Position numbers and translations under genes: made by a program. A stretch of DNA of 54,950 bases, taken from the NCBI GenBank assembly GCA_032718475.1, contig JAUCBJ010008175.1, positions 1 to 54,950 of the forward strand, given 5' to 3'. Position 1 is the first letter of the stretch. Every line of letters begins with the position of its first letter. Positions 23,677-35,600 of the stretch are shown here, in pieces. The notes beneath the pieces were generated by a model. The model worked only from the letters and a program-made list of their open reading frames with translations, did not search any database and was not told the DNA's origin. This DNA is from Nemertoderma westbladi (lineage: Eukaryota > Animalia > Xenacoelomorpha).

Positions 23677-25124
23677 CAACATATGGAGTGGGTGTGTGAC
23701 TCTATTATTTTATATTATTTTATTATTTTTATATTTATGTATGTATTACTCTGTAATTCTATTATAATCGTTTTCTTTAATTTTATTCAGTAGAATGTTA
23801 TTTTAGCGATTATTTAGTAGATTAGTGCAATATATATTCGCGTTTATTACTTAATTACGTATATATTATATTTAATGCGACGGCAAGAAATAATTCTTTT
23901 CCTTCTTCCTTACTGTCCGTATTACATTACAAATACGTAACTACAGTAAGATGAAATGTCCGTACTTATTAAAGTACAATAAAGCCACTACTATATTCAA
24001 GTATTATTGGTAGGCAGAGTATTAGGAATGCAAAGTTCAGATCCTCGTGTCTCGGCTAAACCAAGCTCTGGGTAGACCTTGGAAACGACTTGCCTCTTCA
24101 CACTGACATTGCTTCGTGCGATATTGCTCTCATACCGTATATTAAATAATACATATAGTAGCGTGATGTCCCTTTAACAGTAGCGTATAACGCAAAATAA
24201 ATCTGTTAAACCCTTTGACCATCTGTAATTCTAGTCGATTAAGATATCGCGGCACCCACCGATATACTTGAAAGACAAATTCTAGAATCAGTGGTTAATG
24301 TCCCCAGACAAGTTCTGGAATAAATCGGTGCCCATCTCAAATATTAATTAGTTAATATTTACAAATCAAATAAGTCAAAATCTGTAAAATTCAGATCCTT
24401 CAACGATTCTAGTCAATTAAGATATCGTAGCATTTACCGATATTCTTAAAGAGACAATTTTCTTAGAATTAAGGATCTTGTGTTCCTAGACATGTTCTAG
24501 AATCAAAATATGCCCATTTAATTATCAAATAATAAAATTTCAGGGAATAAATTTAAATTCATGTCTTTTAATGAATTTAATAAATTGCCATTTTACGCAA
24601 TTTATAAAGTTCCCAAAATTCCATTAATTAATAGATCAAGGGAGCGGAGATTTATATTATTATGCGTGTGCGTGTACGAAAGTCTCCCAAACATAGTTAA
24701 TAGCCGATAAAATTCTTAAAGTCATGTATAAAACAGAACATTGACTATTAAAGAATACTATTAAATAACATCCCAGATCTGTATGCATTGGAATCACCCT
24801 AATTCTACCGCTAGCTTTGCATAATGTCACCATAGCAACAACCACGCTAGAATTAGAATTGAGTTAACGAACAATAGAAAGCTTGTCCCATAGAATAGCA
24901 TAGGGAATAAATAGCGCACTGCTAGTATCCAAGGATACATAATAATACAGTGACATTCTGGAAGGCATTGACTAACGGACAAATGGCCCGAATGTGCGTA
25001 CTTGTGACCAGTTGTGTGGTATTTGTGAGTTTATAGGTGAATGTTACTGCTAAAGTGTGTTTACAGTAGTTAGTCGCAATCGTAAAATAACCTAACTCTC
25101 CAAGGAATACCTGAAGTACATCTA

Positions 25125-25282
25125 AGCCTTTGGGACGGACAGTGGAGTGACTTGTGTCGGTTATCGTTGTAGTTGTACGGCTACGTCGTTGGCGAAAGTA
25201 CAGCTACAGCGGTACATCGGCGCTGAGAATCTCTTACTGTCCGGGGGCAAGGGAGAAATAGGCAGCGACGCCCGCTCGCCTA
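25125..25282 (+). promoter_or_regulatory. Conserved structured RNA element upstream of ORF2 (copy B)
   Basis: Stems 25136-25143/25236-25243, 25164-25178/25198-25212 and 25259-25263/25278-25282. Confidence 0.55.
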
Positions 25283-25328
25283 ACGATATATAAACTCATT
25301 ATAATATTGGTGAACTTGTATAGCAGAT

Positions 25329-27066
25329 ATGACTGAATTAATAGAAGATGATCTTGGTATCAGGGAGAGATATACTCTACCTTTACAAGCGTTTGTCGAT
25401 AGCTTGATACGCGGCGACGCTGATCCAACTATTACGGAGGACGATGGTCGTTATATCGAACCGCCAATGTCCCAGGAGCAACTTACGCGTGAATTGGATT
25501 ATAGAAAGTTCACTGCTCGCTACACGCATCGTAATGGTACGTATATGGACTTCTTGACCACTGGTCATCCTATTGATTTACACGACACCGACAATGTAGA
25601 CACCGAAAGGGAAATGGTTTTGTTTAAATATCATGCCCAGCGGAGTCGAAACGATAAATCGAGAATAGAACACGAGAACTCTATTCGAAACAAACTCGAA
25701 AGAGAAGACGTTGAAGAACCTGATAAACGTAACGGTTTCAACGATTATCTAGAATTCTTACGAGAGACCTATCTCAATGTTGCTAGTCAACAAAACCTCG
25801 AAACTCGATATCCCCAAGGTATACATCCAGATCCTATAATGGAACTCAAACGGCTCTATTTTACGATGATGTATCTTACCGCCGATCGACCGCTACCTGT
25901 CGTTCCAGATAGCTTCGAACAGATGGAGGAATATTGTAAAACTGGAGAGCGATCACCCGCGTTTCCCCTTCAAGACGTGCGTCTTTGGTATTACTGTGAC
26001 GAATGCCCTAGACCTAACCAGCAAATCGAAAGGCATAAACCTCCTCGGAGACGTTGCGCTAAACACAGTTTTACGCGATATACTTATGGGAGTTTCGAGC
26101 GTAACCTTTTCGACGTATCGCCTACGGTCGCGCGCCTTAAGCGATCATTGAATAAACCCATGATCAGAGTTCCGGAATACTCGGTCAGACCTCCCCATTC
26201 ACCAGTGATACCTCAAACTCTAGATCCTAATAGTATTACGGATCCTCCCGAACTGTACTCACTGTTCAAAGATCTAGTGTTACCTGAACAGTTGATTGGT
26301 GGCGCTCCGGTAGTGGGTTCGTTGGATATTCGCCAACCTTACCTCGCTGGACTAGGACGCGGTCATTTAATATCACCGTTTAACCCCTACAACCGTCCTG
26401 GCCTTCCTCCGATCCAACCTGTTACAGAAGTCGAAGAGAGCGTGATATGAAATGCATTGGACGCTATTCGGCAGAAAATCGGGAAAGGAACTTACGATTG
26501 CTTGGAGAAACGTAAATTGCAACAACAAGTCCAAGCGGTGAAAGAACTAGCTTTACCCCAGTTCGATAGAGAAATACAAAATCTAGAGGAGGACATCGAA
26601 CGTGGACGAACCTACTCTTTACAGGAATTCCTGGACGAGCGCTTGCAACAACAAGCGGAGGAAAATCAGCTCGAGGAGAGACATATAGAGCTGACTGAGA
26701 GGGAAGAAGCAGCTTTAGCCCAACCAGAAGCTCAAATTCTCGTGACGGATCTCTATTCCAAAACGATTCTCCACCCCTCGATGGTTCCTCATTTTAAAGA
26801 CAAGCTCTTTGCGACGGTACAGCCTCAACCGGTTAATACTGATCTCAGATCTCACGAGCTCGTTGCTGACGCTCCCATGCTACAACGTCCACCCATCGAG
26901 GCCACTCGTGTAGATGGTTTACTTGTTGAGCCTCCGGACAATAGAGCGGATCTTGTCCGTCGCATGGTGCACGATGTTAACATACGCGCTAGACCTTTGC
27001 CGGACTCATTTTATGGAATTAAGGATCATCCTTATTACGTCAATTTAAAGCAATATTATATGGTGA
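25329..27066 (+). pseudogene. ORF2 of copy B, 5' part (one in-frame TGA at 26448; continues at 40971-41138 after the nested element)
   Basis: Highly similar to copy A ORF2, with an extra 54-aa N-terminal segment. Reading ...KQYYMV|KPEDPTH... is split by the insertion. Confidence 0.88.
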
Positions 27067-28051
27067 TGTTGAAGCAAATCGATTGTTATACTTACAGTAT
27101 ATTGTCAACATTTATATTTTTTGTTCACAGCAGTGTTTAATGCAATTTATATTTAAATTTACCGCTGTGCAATTATTTTTCTTTATGGCTTGTGATTTCT
27201 TGCCGCTCATTGGCTCTTTTAAAGAGTGAATGGGATTTTGAGAGCTAGAGAGGACGTGGTGGAGAGGAAGGGCTGGATAGGCCAGGGCATAAGCATAAAA
27301 CCACGGTACTACAGTACTACATACGGTAACGGTATCCTGTCTGCCTGTCTAATTATTGTGCTGTGTTATGGATATGCGGTAAGAAGACCAGAAGGGCCTT
27401 CAAATCTATGTTTTTTATGAGGATGTACATCAATCTGTAAATTTGTGTAAATTCAACCTACTGAACTAAGGAATTGCATAATTATTCTGATATATTATTA
27501 TACCTACTGACTGGAAGCTGACGCTTACTTTCTTTTCGACATTCAGTCAGACACCTTACAGCCTTATCTGTTCTGTGTTCCCGAAAGTTTAGCTAGGTCC
27601 GCTAATTACTAAACTTAGCGCAGCTCATGGGTGTAATTTCTGCCCCGATTTATGATTTCTGGCTGTAGCGATATTTTCGGTCAGCTCATAGAGTCACTAA
27701 TCTTACAGTATCAGCATACACTTACCGGCAGACCGGTAATTATTCATCTATTTGAGTAAAGGACGGGTCGAACTACTACCAATTACAGGTAACAAACGGA
27801 TCCATAATTAATTGTTTACTGTCTGACTGAAATGGTAAGTTCCTTTATTGTTTGACTTGGTTTGTGAGTAGCAAGTGTCTTCTGCATTCCTATGTGAATG
27901 AACGGTTGTTTTCTTGATGTTTCCCTCCATAACGCCTTTGTTTGTGTGATCAAAATGTAGATAATAAATTGTTGGTCTTCAAATTACCGCTACCGCATAT
28001 CTTCATATCGAGTGACGTCCCAAGGTTGGGTCTTTCTTACTTGCGGTAACA
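27067..28051 (+). repeat. 5' LTR (985 bp)
   Basis: tgttgaagc...gcggtaaca, a near-identical direct repeat of 39981-40965. Confidence 0.97.
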
Positions 28052-28369
28052 ATAAAAAACATTAAATACAAGGCTTACCAGTACAGCAGTACCGGCATCA
28101 TACACATTTACAAGGACTGCACACATCCTTTTGCTGATGTTTTGCAGTTTGTTTGAACAGGTGAATGAAAATTAATATATAGATCTTGCAGATGCGCACC
28201 GCGCACAGCATTATCTAGGGTTGATTAACTTGTCGGTGGGTAGTGTAATTGTAATTTAACAAGTTTTGTTATTGCTGTAGCCTGTAGGTCAGTACTGCAG
28301 TAGGTATTGTTCAGGTATCGTACTTCCTGTACTTTAAATAGGCCTATATACCACCACCATATACCGGTA

Positions 28370-29005
28370 TTCTGACGCCTATTCATTTAGGTATTCCTGT
28401 ACTACAGTAGTATAGTGTATCTTGTACTGTTTAATTTGATGCCTAATTATATAGGTCTGCATACTACAGTACTAGGCCTATATCTGTATATGCTATATGC
28501 TGTGCTGTATGGACTTGACTTGACGCCTATTTTCTTATGATCTTAGGTATACATATATTTGATGCCAAATTATATAATTATAATTAGGTCTACATACATA
28601 TTCTGACGCCTATCAATGTAGGTATACCCGTCTGCCCGTACTTCAGTATTATAGTACCCTTTAAATTGATGCCTATTTATTTAGGTCTGCATACTATATG
28701 CTGCATGTACCTTACTTTGATGCCTAATTTCTTCTGATCTTAGGTATACATATATTTGATGCCAAATTATATAATTATAATTGGGTCTATACATATTCTG
28801 ACGCCTATTAATGTAGGTATACCCGTACTTCAGTATTATAGTACCCTTTAAATTGATGCCTATTTATTTAGGTCTGCATACTATATGCTGCATGTACCTT
28901 ACTTTGATTCCTAATTTCTTCCGACATTAGGTATACATATATTCGATGCCAAATTATTTAAATGTAATTAGGTCTGCATCCATATTTGATGCCTATTAAT
29001 TTAGT
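28370..29005 (+). repeat. Degenerate tandem repeats (~185-200-bp units built from tgaYgcctat...taggt subunits) in the 5' leader
   Basis: ttaggtatacatatatttgatgccaaattat recurs at ~28543, ~28740 and ~28927. Confidence 0.8.
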
Positions 29006-29682
29006 TATACTATACAGTAGATAGGTCTATTGTGTCCATAAACTTTCTATCAGTACACGCTTTATTTGAATCTGCACACTTACAAACGTATAGTTTGTTT
29101 GAAATACTGTAGGTTTACACCCGGCGGGAGTGTATAGCTGATATAGTTTAGCTATATAGTTTTAGTTATTACTAGTTTAGATAGCTATATAGTTTATTTA
29201 CTAGTTCAACCCCATGAAATATTAAATTGTATTGTATCATTGTATTTTAATGTAATGTCCTGAGATGCTGTGAAAGATGATCTATTTGTATGATTTGCGG
29301 CTAAATATGGATATATATAGGTTGTGATTTGTAGGTAATAAAAGGCTGAGTTATAGGCCTACTGTACATAAGTATAGAATTTCAGTAAGTAAAAATTGAG
29401 GGTTCGCCTTCGGTTATTTAATATTATAAATATATGTCAGTACATATTAAGCTGTATAATTATTTAATGCAGATAGTTATTACGTTCCTTTGGTTTGATC
29501 TCTGTTGTACTTTCTATAGATTCACTGTATATTATATACCGGTACCACTGTATAATATTATATATATTATATATATATTCTCACTAAAACTCTAATTCTA
29601 ATATACCTGTACTCTATACATATCATTGTATTATAATTATACATAGTATTGTATTATCATATAATGCTTAAATAACTTAACC

Positions 29683-32600
29683 ATGTCAATACCAGGTAAT
29701 ACTGAAACCCCGAGTCCAGATAATGTGGCAACTGCTTCCTCTGGGGATATGCATAGTGTAATTAACCTTGATCAAACTGTAATGCATATGTCGGGTAATT
29801 CTCAGGCATCTGATGATGAGTACCAAATGTGTTCGGAAATATCGTCACATCCCTCTAATCTTTCTGATAAAGAAATTTATGGGTTTAGTAAGCGAGAAGC
29901 TATAAAAATATATGGGTATGATCCCACAGATAATAGTCCAGAAACGTTGATGAAGCTGGGGATTCCAACTGGCACTGATGAACGCCAATTAAAACAGTCT
30001 TTGTCTGCATTTCGTGGACATGTTTCTAGAACAGTCAATGCTATTCATAAAAGCTGCAGCGGTGTAGTTCCTTCTAGTTATGAAAATATTAATCTTTGGC
30101 TGAATGAATCTAATGAAATTCGCATTCGATGGTTGGTTACATGTAATGCATTTAATAATGTAATTATTTCTCGTGGTTTGTCAGCATTGACTCCTACTGT
30201 TGACATATCTCGGACTACAGGCCTACAAATAATAAGCCAGTTGAATGAGAGGTTAAATGTTTTGTTACGTCCTCAGAGGATGTCAGACGAAGGAAGAACA
30301 TTCCCACCCAAGGGTCAAGCAATGTCAAATAAACAATCACAATCAAGGGAACTATCTCAGAGTTCGAAGGCTACATCGCGGAGGTCAATATCCAGTGAAA
30401 CTCGGCGAATCTTACAGCAGATAGGAGAACAGGAACGGAAAGCTGATGAGCAATTACTTCATGACCAAATTGAAGCCTCTAAACAATTCCAAGAATTGCA
30501 GGATGGCGTTGAAGATGAACTGAAAAGGGCTGAAACCATAAAAAGAGAAGAAGAATTAAAACAGCAAATACTGGAAGCAGCAAAAAGGGCAGAAATGGAA
30601 AAAAGAATACAGGAAGAATTGGAAAAGAAACAAAAATTAGAGACACAAAAATTACGAATTCTACGAGACCAACGTGAAGCAGCAGAGAATTTAAAAAAAC
30701 AGTTACATCTTCAAAGGCAACATGTTATTGCCAAAGAGATGGAGCGTCAATATAGAACTGATTCTGCCTCTAGCCGTTATAGTAAACCTTCAAATAATGG
30801 AAGTAATGTTAATGAAAGATGTAATAGTGTTTCTGTTCCTGCTCCTGCGCCAAATAGTGAATTGGATAGGGCTTATAATGAAACACAGCTAAAATCTATG
30901 TCCTCAGCTTCTACCTCCCAAGGTCGATTAGTAACTACTACTGAAATATTAGGAGGAATGTCAAACTTTTCTAGGGTTCAGGTCTCTACCCCATCGCCGC
31001 AAACTACGATTAATATTGATGCTCAACACCCTTCTGTTGCTGGAGTTATAGCTGGTGAAGTTCAGATGCTACATGATGATAATTATGCAGTACCCTCCTG
31101 TCATATCCAGGTAAGTAAGGGGTTACCATCACTATCTAAACATTCAGTGACTGCAAGTGTTAGTGTGCCAACTATTCCACTAATGGCTTCATCATCTGCT
31201 GTGAAAGATAAAATGGAGTCTCTTGTTGTCACTCTTACAACAAACCATCATCCCAGTAATCCGATATCACAATTTACACACCAGGAAATTAAAGAAATTC
31301 CCAGGCAACTCCCAGTTGATACATCCAGAAAACCAAATTTCTTTGATCACCTTCGTCCTGTACCATCAACCTTACGTCCATCATATCCTAACAAGGAATT
31401 TCCACCTCATTCTGTAAGTTTTAATCCTTATACATCAGTTGCAGGCCAAAATTATAGTAATACAATCCCTATACAACGACCACATTCATGTTATATGCCG
31501 TATCAAGAAGCATATTTCCCCGGTCTGAATTCATCAAACCGATCCCCAAGATATCCTTCACATTCACCTGCCTTCCATTCTACTGGAATTTATCCCGAAG
31601 AATCCACAAATTATGACCCCTTTGTAGGTGGTAGTGAGAGACCAATTGGGGATTATGGTGGTGAAACTCATTACAATTATTCAGAATTTGATAATATTCA
31701 ATTAAAAACTAATGATGCGAAAAGAGGATTATATTCTGTAATTAATGATACTAAGAATGCAAAACAACAGTTAAGTTCTATCAGAGAAGAATTAGAAGCT
31801 GAACGAATGGAACTGGCTCGTGTGAAGGATTCTATAAATATTCAAAGAATGGAACAGGTTCAAGAGAGACATGAGTCATCTCATCCTCCTCCTCAGCCAC
31901 TGTTTGCAAAGAAAAGTATTCTAAAACCAACTGAAAAATTTGAAATAACATCACATGAGAAGGACAAATTAGAACATCCTGATAATATTGTAGCAGATTG
32001 TGATTCTGAACTTCCAAATGAGTTTATATCGAATTTCAGTTCCAGCCATCTTAATAGAACCGACCCAAATCTTAGTTTGGCAAGGGTTTTTTCTCGGATG
32101 GATGCCAGACAATCATCAGTTTTAGATCCTCATTTGAAGTTTGATGGAGATCCACTTAAGTATCTTGCCTTTGAAAATCATTGCAAAACATCTTTCACTG
32201 ATGTACCTCTGACTGATAGTGAACGATTGAATAATCTGATAAAAATGTTAGAAGGGACTCCAAAGGAATTAGCTTTGTGCCAAATTGGGATACCAAATGG
32301 ATTTAAGATCGCATGGGAACAATTGAAAGAGCGATATGGAAATAAGGCCACGATAGCTACATCTATGATTGAGAATCTTCTTACCGATGGTAAACAGGTT
32401 TCTTATGGATATTCATTGGTCAAATATGCAGACAATATAGATCGTGTTTCAAACCAACTAAAGTTATTAGATCAAGAAAGCCAACTTGACCAAAGAATAA
32501 TTATTAACTGTTTAGTTGCTAAATTCCCTGAAAAGGTAAAGCTAGATTGGTTGAAATACGAGATGAACTTAAAATCAAAATCTAATAAAGGTAAAGAAAT

Positions 32601-35600
32601 AAATCTACGAGATTTACGTGATTACCTAAATAGACAGAGAGAGATATGGAATCTTGGGAGACAGTATAATACTCAACTTCCAGGAAAGTATAGTAATAGT
32701 CGACAGACCCCAGATAAGGTAAGGAGAACAGCTGAAGTTGGTTCAGAATCTGAAGGTTTCCCAGTAAGTGATGGATTTGACTGTGATGTAAATGATGAAT
32801 CTGTTGTGAGGGCAATAAAGTCAAAGTCAAAAGTAAATTCTGCATTGTCGTCGAACCAGAAACATACATTTGACACATTAGTGAGACAGGTGATATCAGC
32901 TAACAAGGAAACTATTGACAATCCTGCAAATACTCTTCATAAAAACAGTGCATATTTCCCTTGTTCACGCTGCAAATCTCATGAACACCCTATTTATAAA
33001 TGTGCTGAATATAGACAAGATTCACTACAGAAGCGACGAGAATGGTCTAAAGATAATAAACTCTGTTTTAACTGCCTTTCTGTTGGACATCGTAGAGATA
33101 AATGTCGCAGTAATATTCGATGTAAAGTGTGTAGCAGAAAACATCATACACTCTTGCATGATAATAACTTCTCCAAAGATCAAGAGCGAGAAATAGAAAG
33201 AATTCGTTATACATATGATATTGATGAAGATTTATCGATGGACAACTTTGAAGATGGTGAATTTGAGGATTCAGTCATTCCTGAGAGTGTCATGCGAGCA
33301 CTTGAAAAAGGGGCACACTCCTTGAATAATACTATGAAAGCATTTGATATAATTCAGGTACTTGTAAAAGGTGATAAAGGAAGTAAGATTGTTTATGCGC
33401 TTCTTGATGGTGGGAGTTCTAGGACCTTTATTGATGCAAAACTTGCCCAGGAACTATTTTCTACTTATGATTCAACCACCTTTAGAGCTTTGGGTTTTCT
33501 AAATATCTGGAATACTACATTGGCTACCAATTGTGCTAGAGGTTTTTTATCAGCAGTAGAGGGAGATATAGAATATTCTACTAAATTTACCTTTATTGAT
33601 AATTTCACAGACACAAACTCTGTACCCTATGATTGGTCGAATGATTCCTTACGATTGACATATGATATTCCATATTACCCTGTAGAGTATACTGGAATTC
33701 CTATTCTTATAGGCAAAGACCTGTTTGAGGCTCATGAACAGATCGAAAAGCGCCCGGCGGACCCTGGACCTCTAGAAGATAGAGCTATTCGCACAAGACT
33801 TGGTTGGTTCTTTAGTGGACCATGTATTAAAACAGTGGAGGAAAGGGAACAATATCCGACTAGATGTATAGATTCAAATGAGGTTCGAGATAAAGTGGAA
33901 CTTTCTACCAGTGACTCAGAAAGTGCTAATGATGAGGTTGACCATATTTTTAGGATCAAGGAAGATTTTCTTATGGATAACCTGCAAACTGATATTCTAA
34001 ATAAACCTAACTCAGCTGAAGAATTATTGTTTAATAAAACTATTAGTCTAGAATTTAATTCTATTGATAAGATTAGAAACATACTGGAAAAATTGGAAAC
34101 TACAGAAAGTATTGATGATCAATATAGAATTAGAGACCATCTTTTTGATATTATTCAATCTGAGGCTGAATTGAATCAAGCTGCTCGCAAATGGATAGAT
34201 GGAGATATCGTAGAAAATAATTCAAACCAATTAGCCCTTTCTACAAAGGAACTCAGAGCTATAGAGATTCAGCGCTCAACTATAAAACAATTACCTGATA
34301 AACACTATGAAGTAGGGTTATTATGGAAAGATGCACTACCTCAATTATACAATAATCGTAGCTTGGCAGAACAATGTGCTGAATCTCTAAAAAGAAGGCT
34401 AAGTAAGGATGATAACCTACGAATCATGTATACGGAACAGATGGACAAGTGTATAAATAATGGATTTGCGGAAATAGTCCCTGGTGATGAGTTGTATCGT
34501 AATGATGGTCTTGTATATTACCTTCCTCATCATCCAGTGATCAGACCTGACAAACCAGGAAAGGTTCGCGTTGTATACAACTGTGCAGCTACATTTAAAG
34601 GGCAATCCCTAAATTCTGAAATTATGCCTGGCCCTAACCTTTTACGTTCTCTTCATGGTATACTTCTTCGTTTCCGCCAGTTTGATATTGCAACAACTTC
34701 TGATATCGAGGGGATGTTCCTCCAAGTAAAAGTACTTGAACGTGAAAAGGACTGCTTACGTTTTCTGTGGTGGCCGAGTGGACGATTGACATCACCGGTA
34801 CAAGTATATCGTATGACTTGCCAAGCCTTTGGCATCATTAGCAGTCCTTCCAATGCCAGTTCTATAGTGCAACAAACCGCTACAGACAATGAAGAAGACT
34901 TTTGTGACCTAGTCATTCAGACAATAAGGGAAGATATATATATGGATGATTGCCAATCCTCTTCTGAAAATGCTCAGGAGGCTATCACTATTGCTCATGG
35001 TGTTCGGGAATGTTTGAGTAGAGGTGGTTTTAATTTGATTAAATTTAATAGTAACTCTAAGGAAGTTTTAGCTTCTCTTCCTAACTGTTGGAGGGCAAGT
35101 CCTGATGTAGACTTAGATAATGACAATTTGCCGATGGTAAAGACACTGGGATTACGCTGGAATCCAAATGAAGATTACCTTTATTTTAAGGTCACCCTTC
35201 CATCACCTAGTCAGATACCTACAAAGAGAACATGCCTAAGCATTTTTAGTCAAATATTTGATCCATTATCAACAGTTAGTCCAGTAATACTTCCTGCACG
35301 TTTGATTGTCCAAGAAGCCTGGAAAGAAAACTATTCTTGGGATGAGCCCTTAAAAGGGGAACTGTTACAGAAATGGCAGAAATGGGAAGAAATATTACCA
35401 GAACTAGAATTACTCAAAATTCCTAGAGCATATTTTCCTCATATGAGTCGAGGAGAAACTTTACAACTACATTTATTTAGCGATGCAAGTACTAAAGGTA
35501 TGGGGACAGTTGCATATCTTAGACGCGAAACTAATAACTCGATCGAAGTTGCTTATGTCATGTCGAAGGCTAAAACAATGCCTTCTAAATTTCTAACTAT

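Noticed and set aside
27226-27420. 64-aa ORF duplicated at 40140-40334
   Set aside because: It lies inside the LTRs, starts at GTG and shows no recognisable motif.
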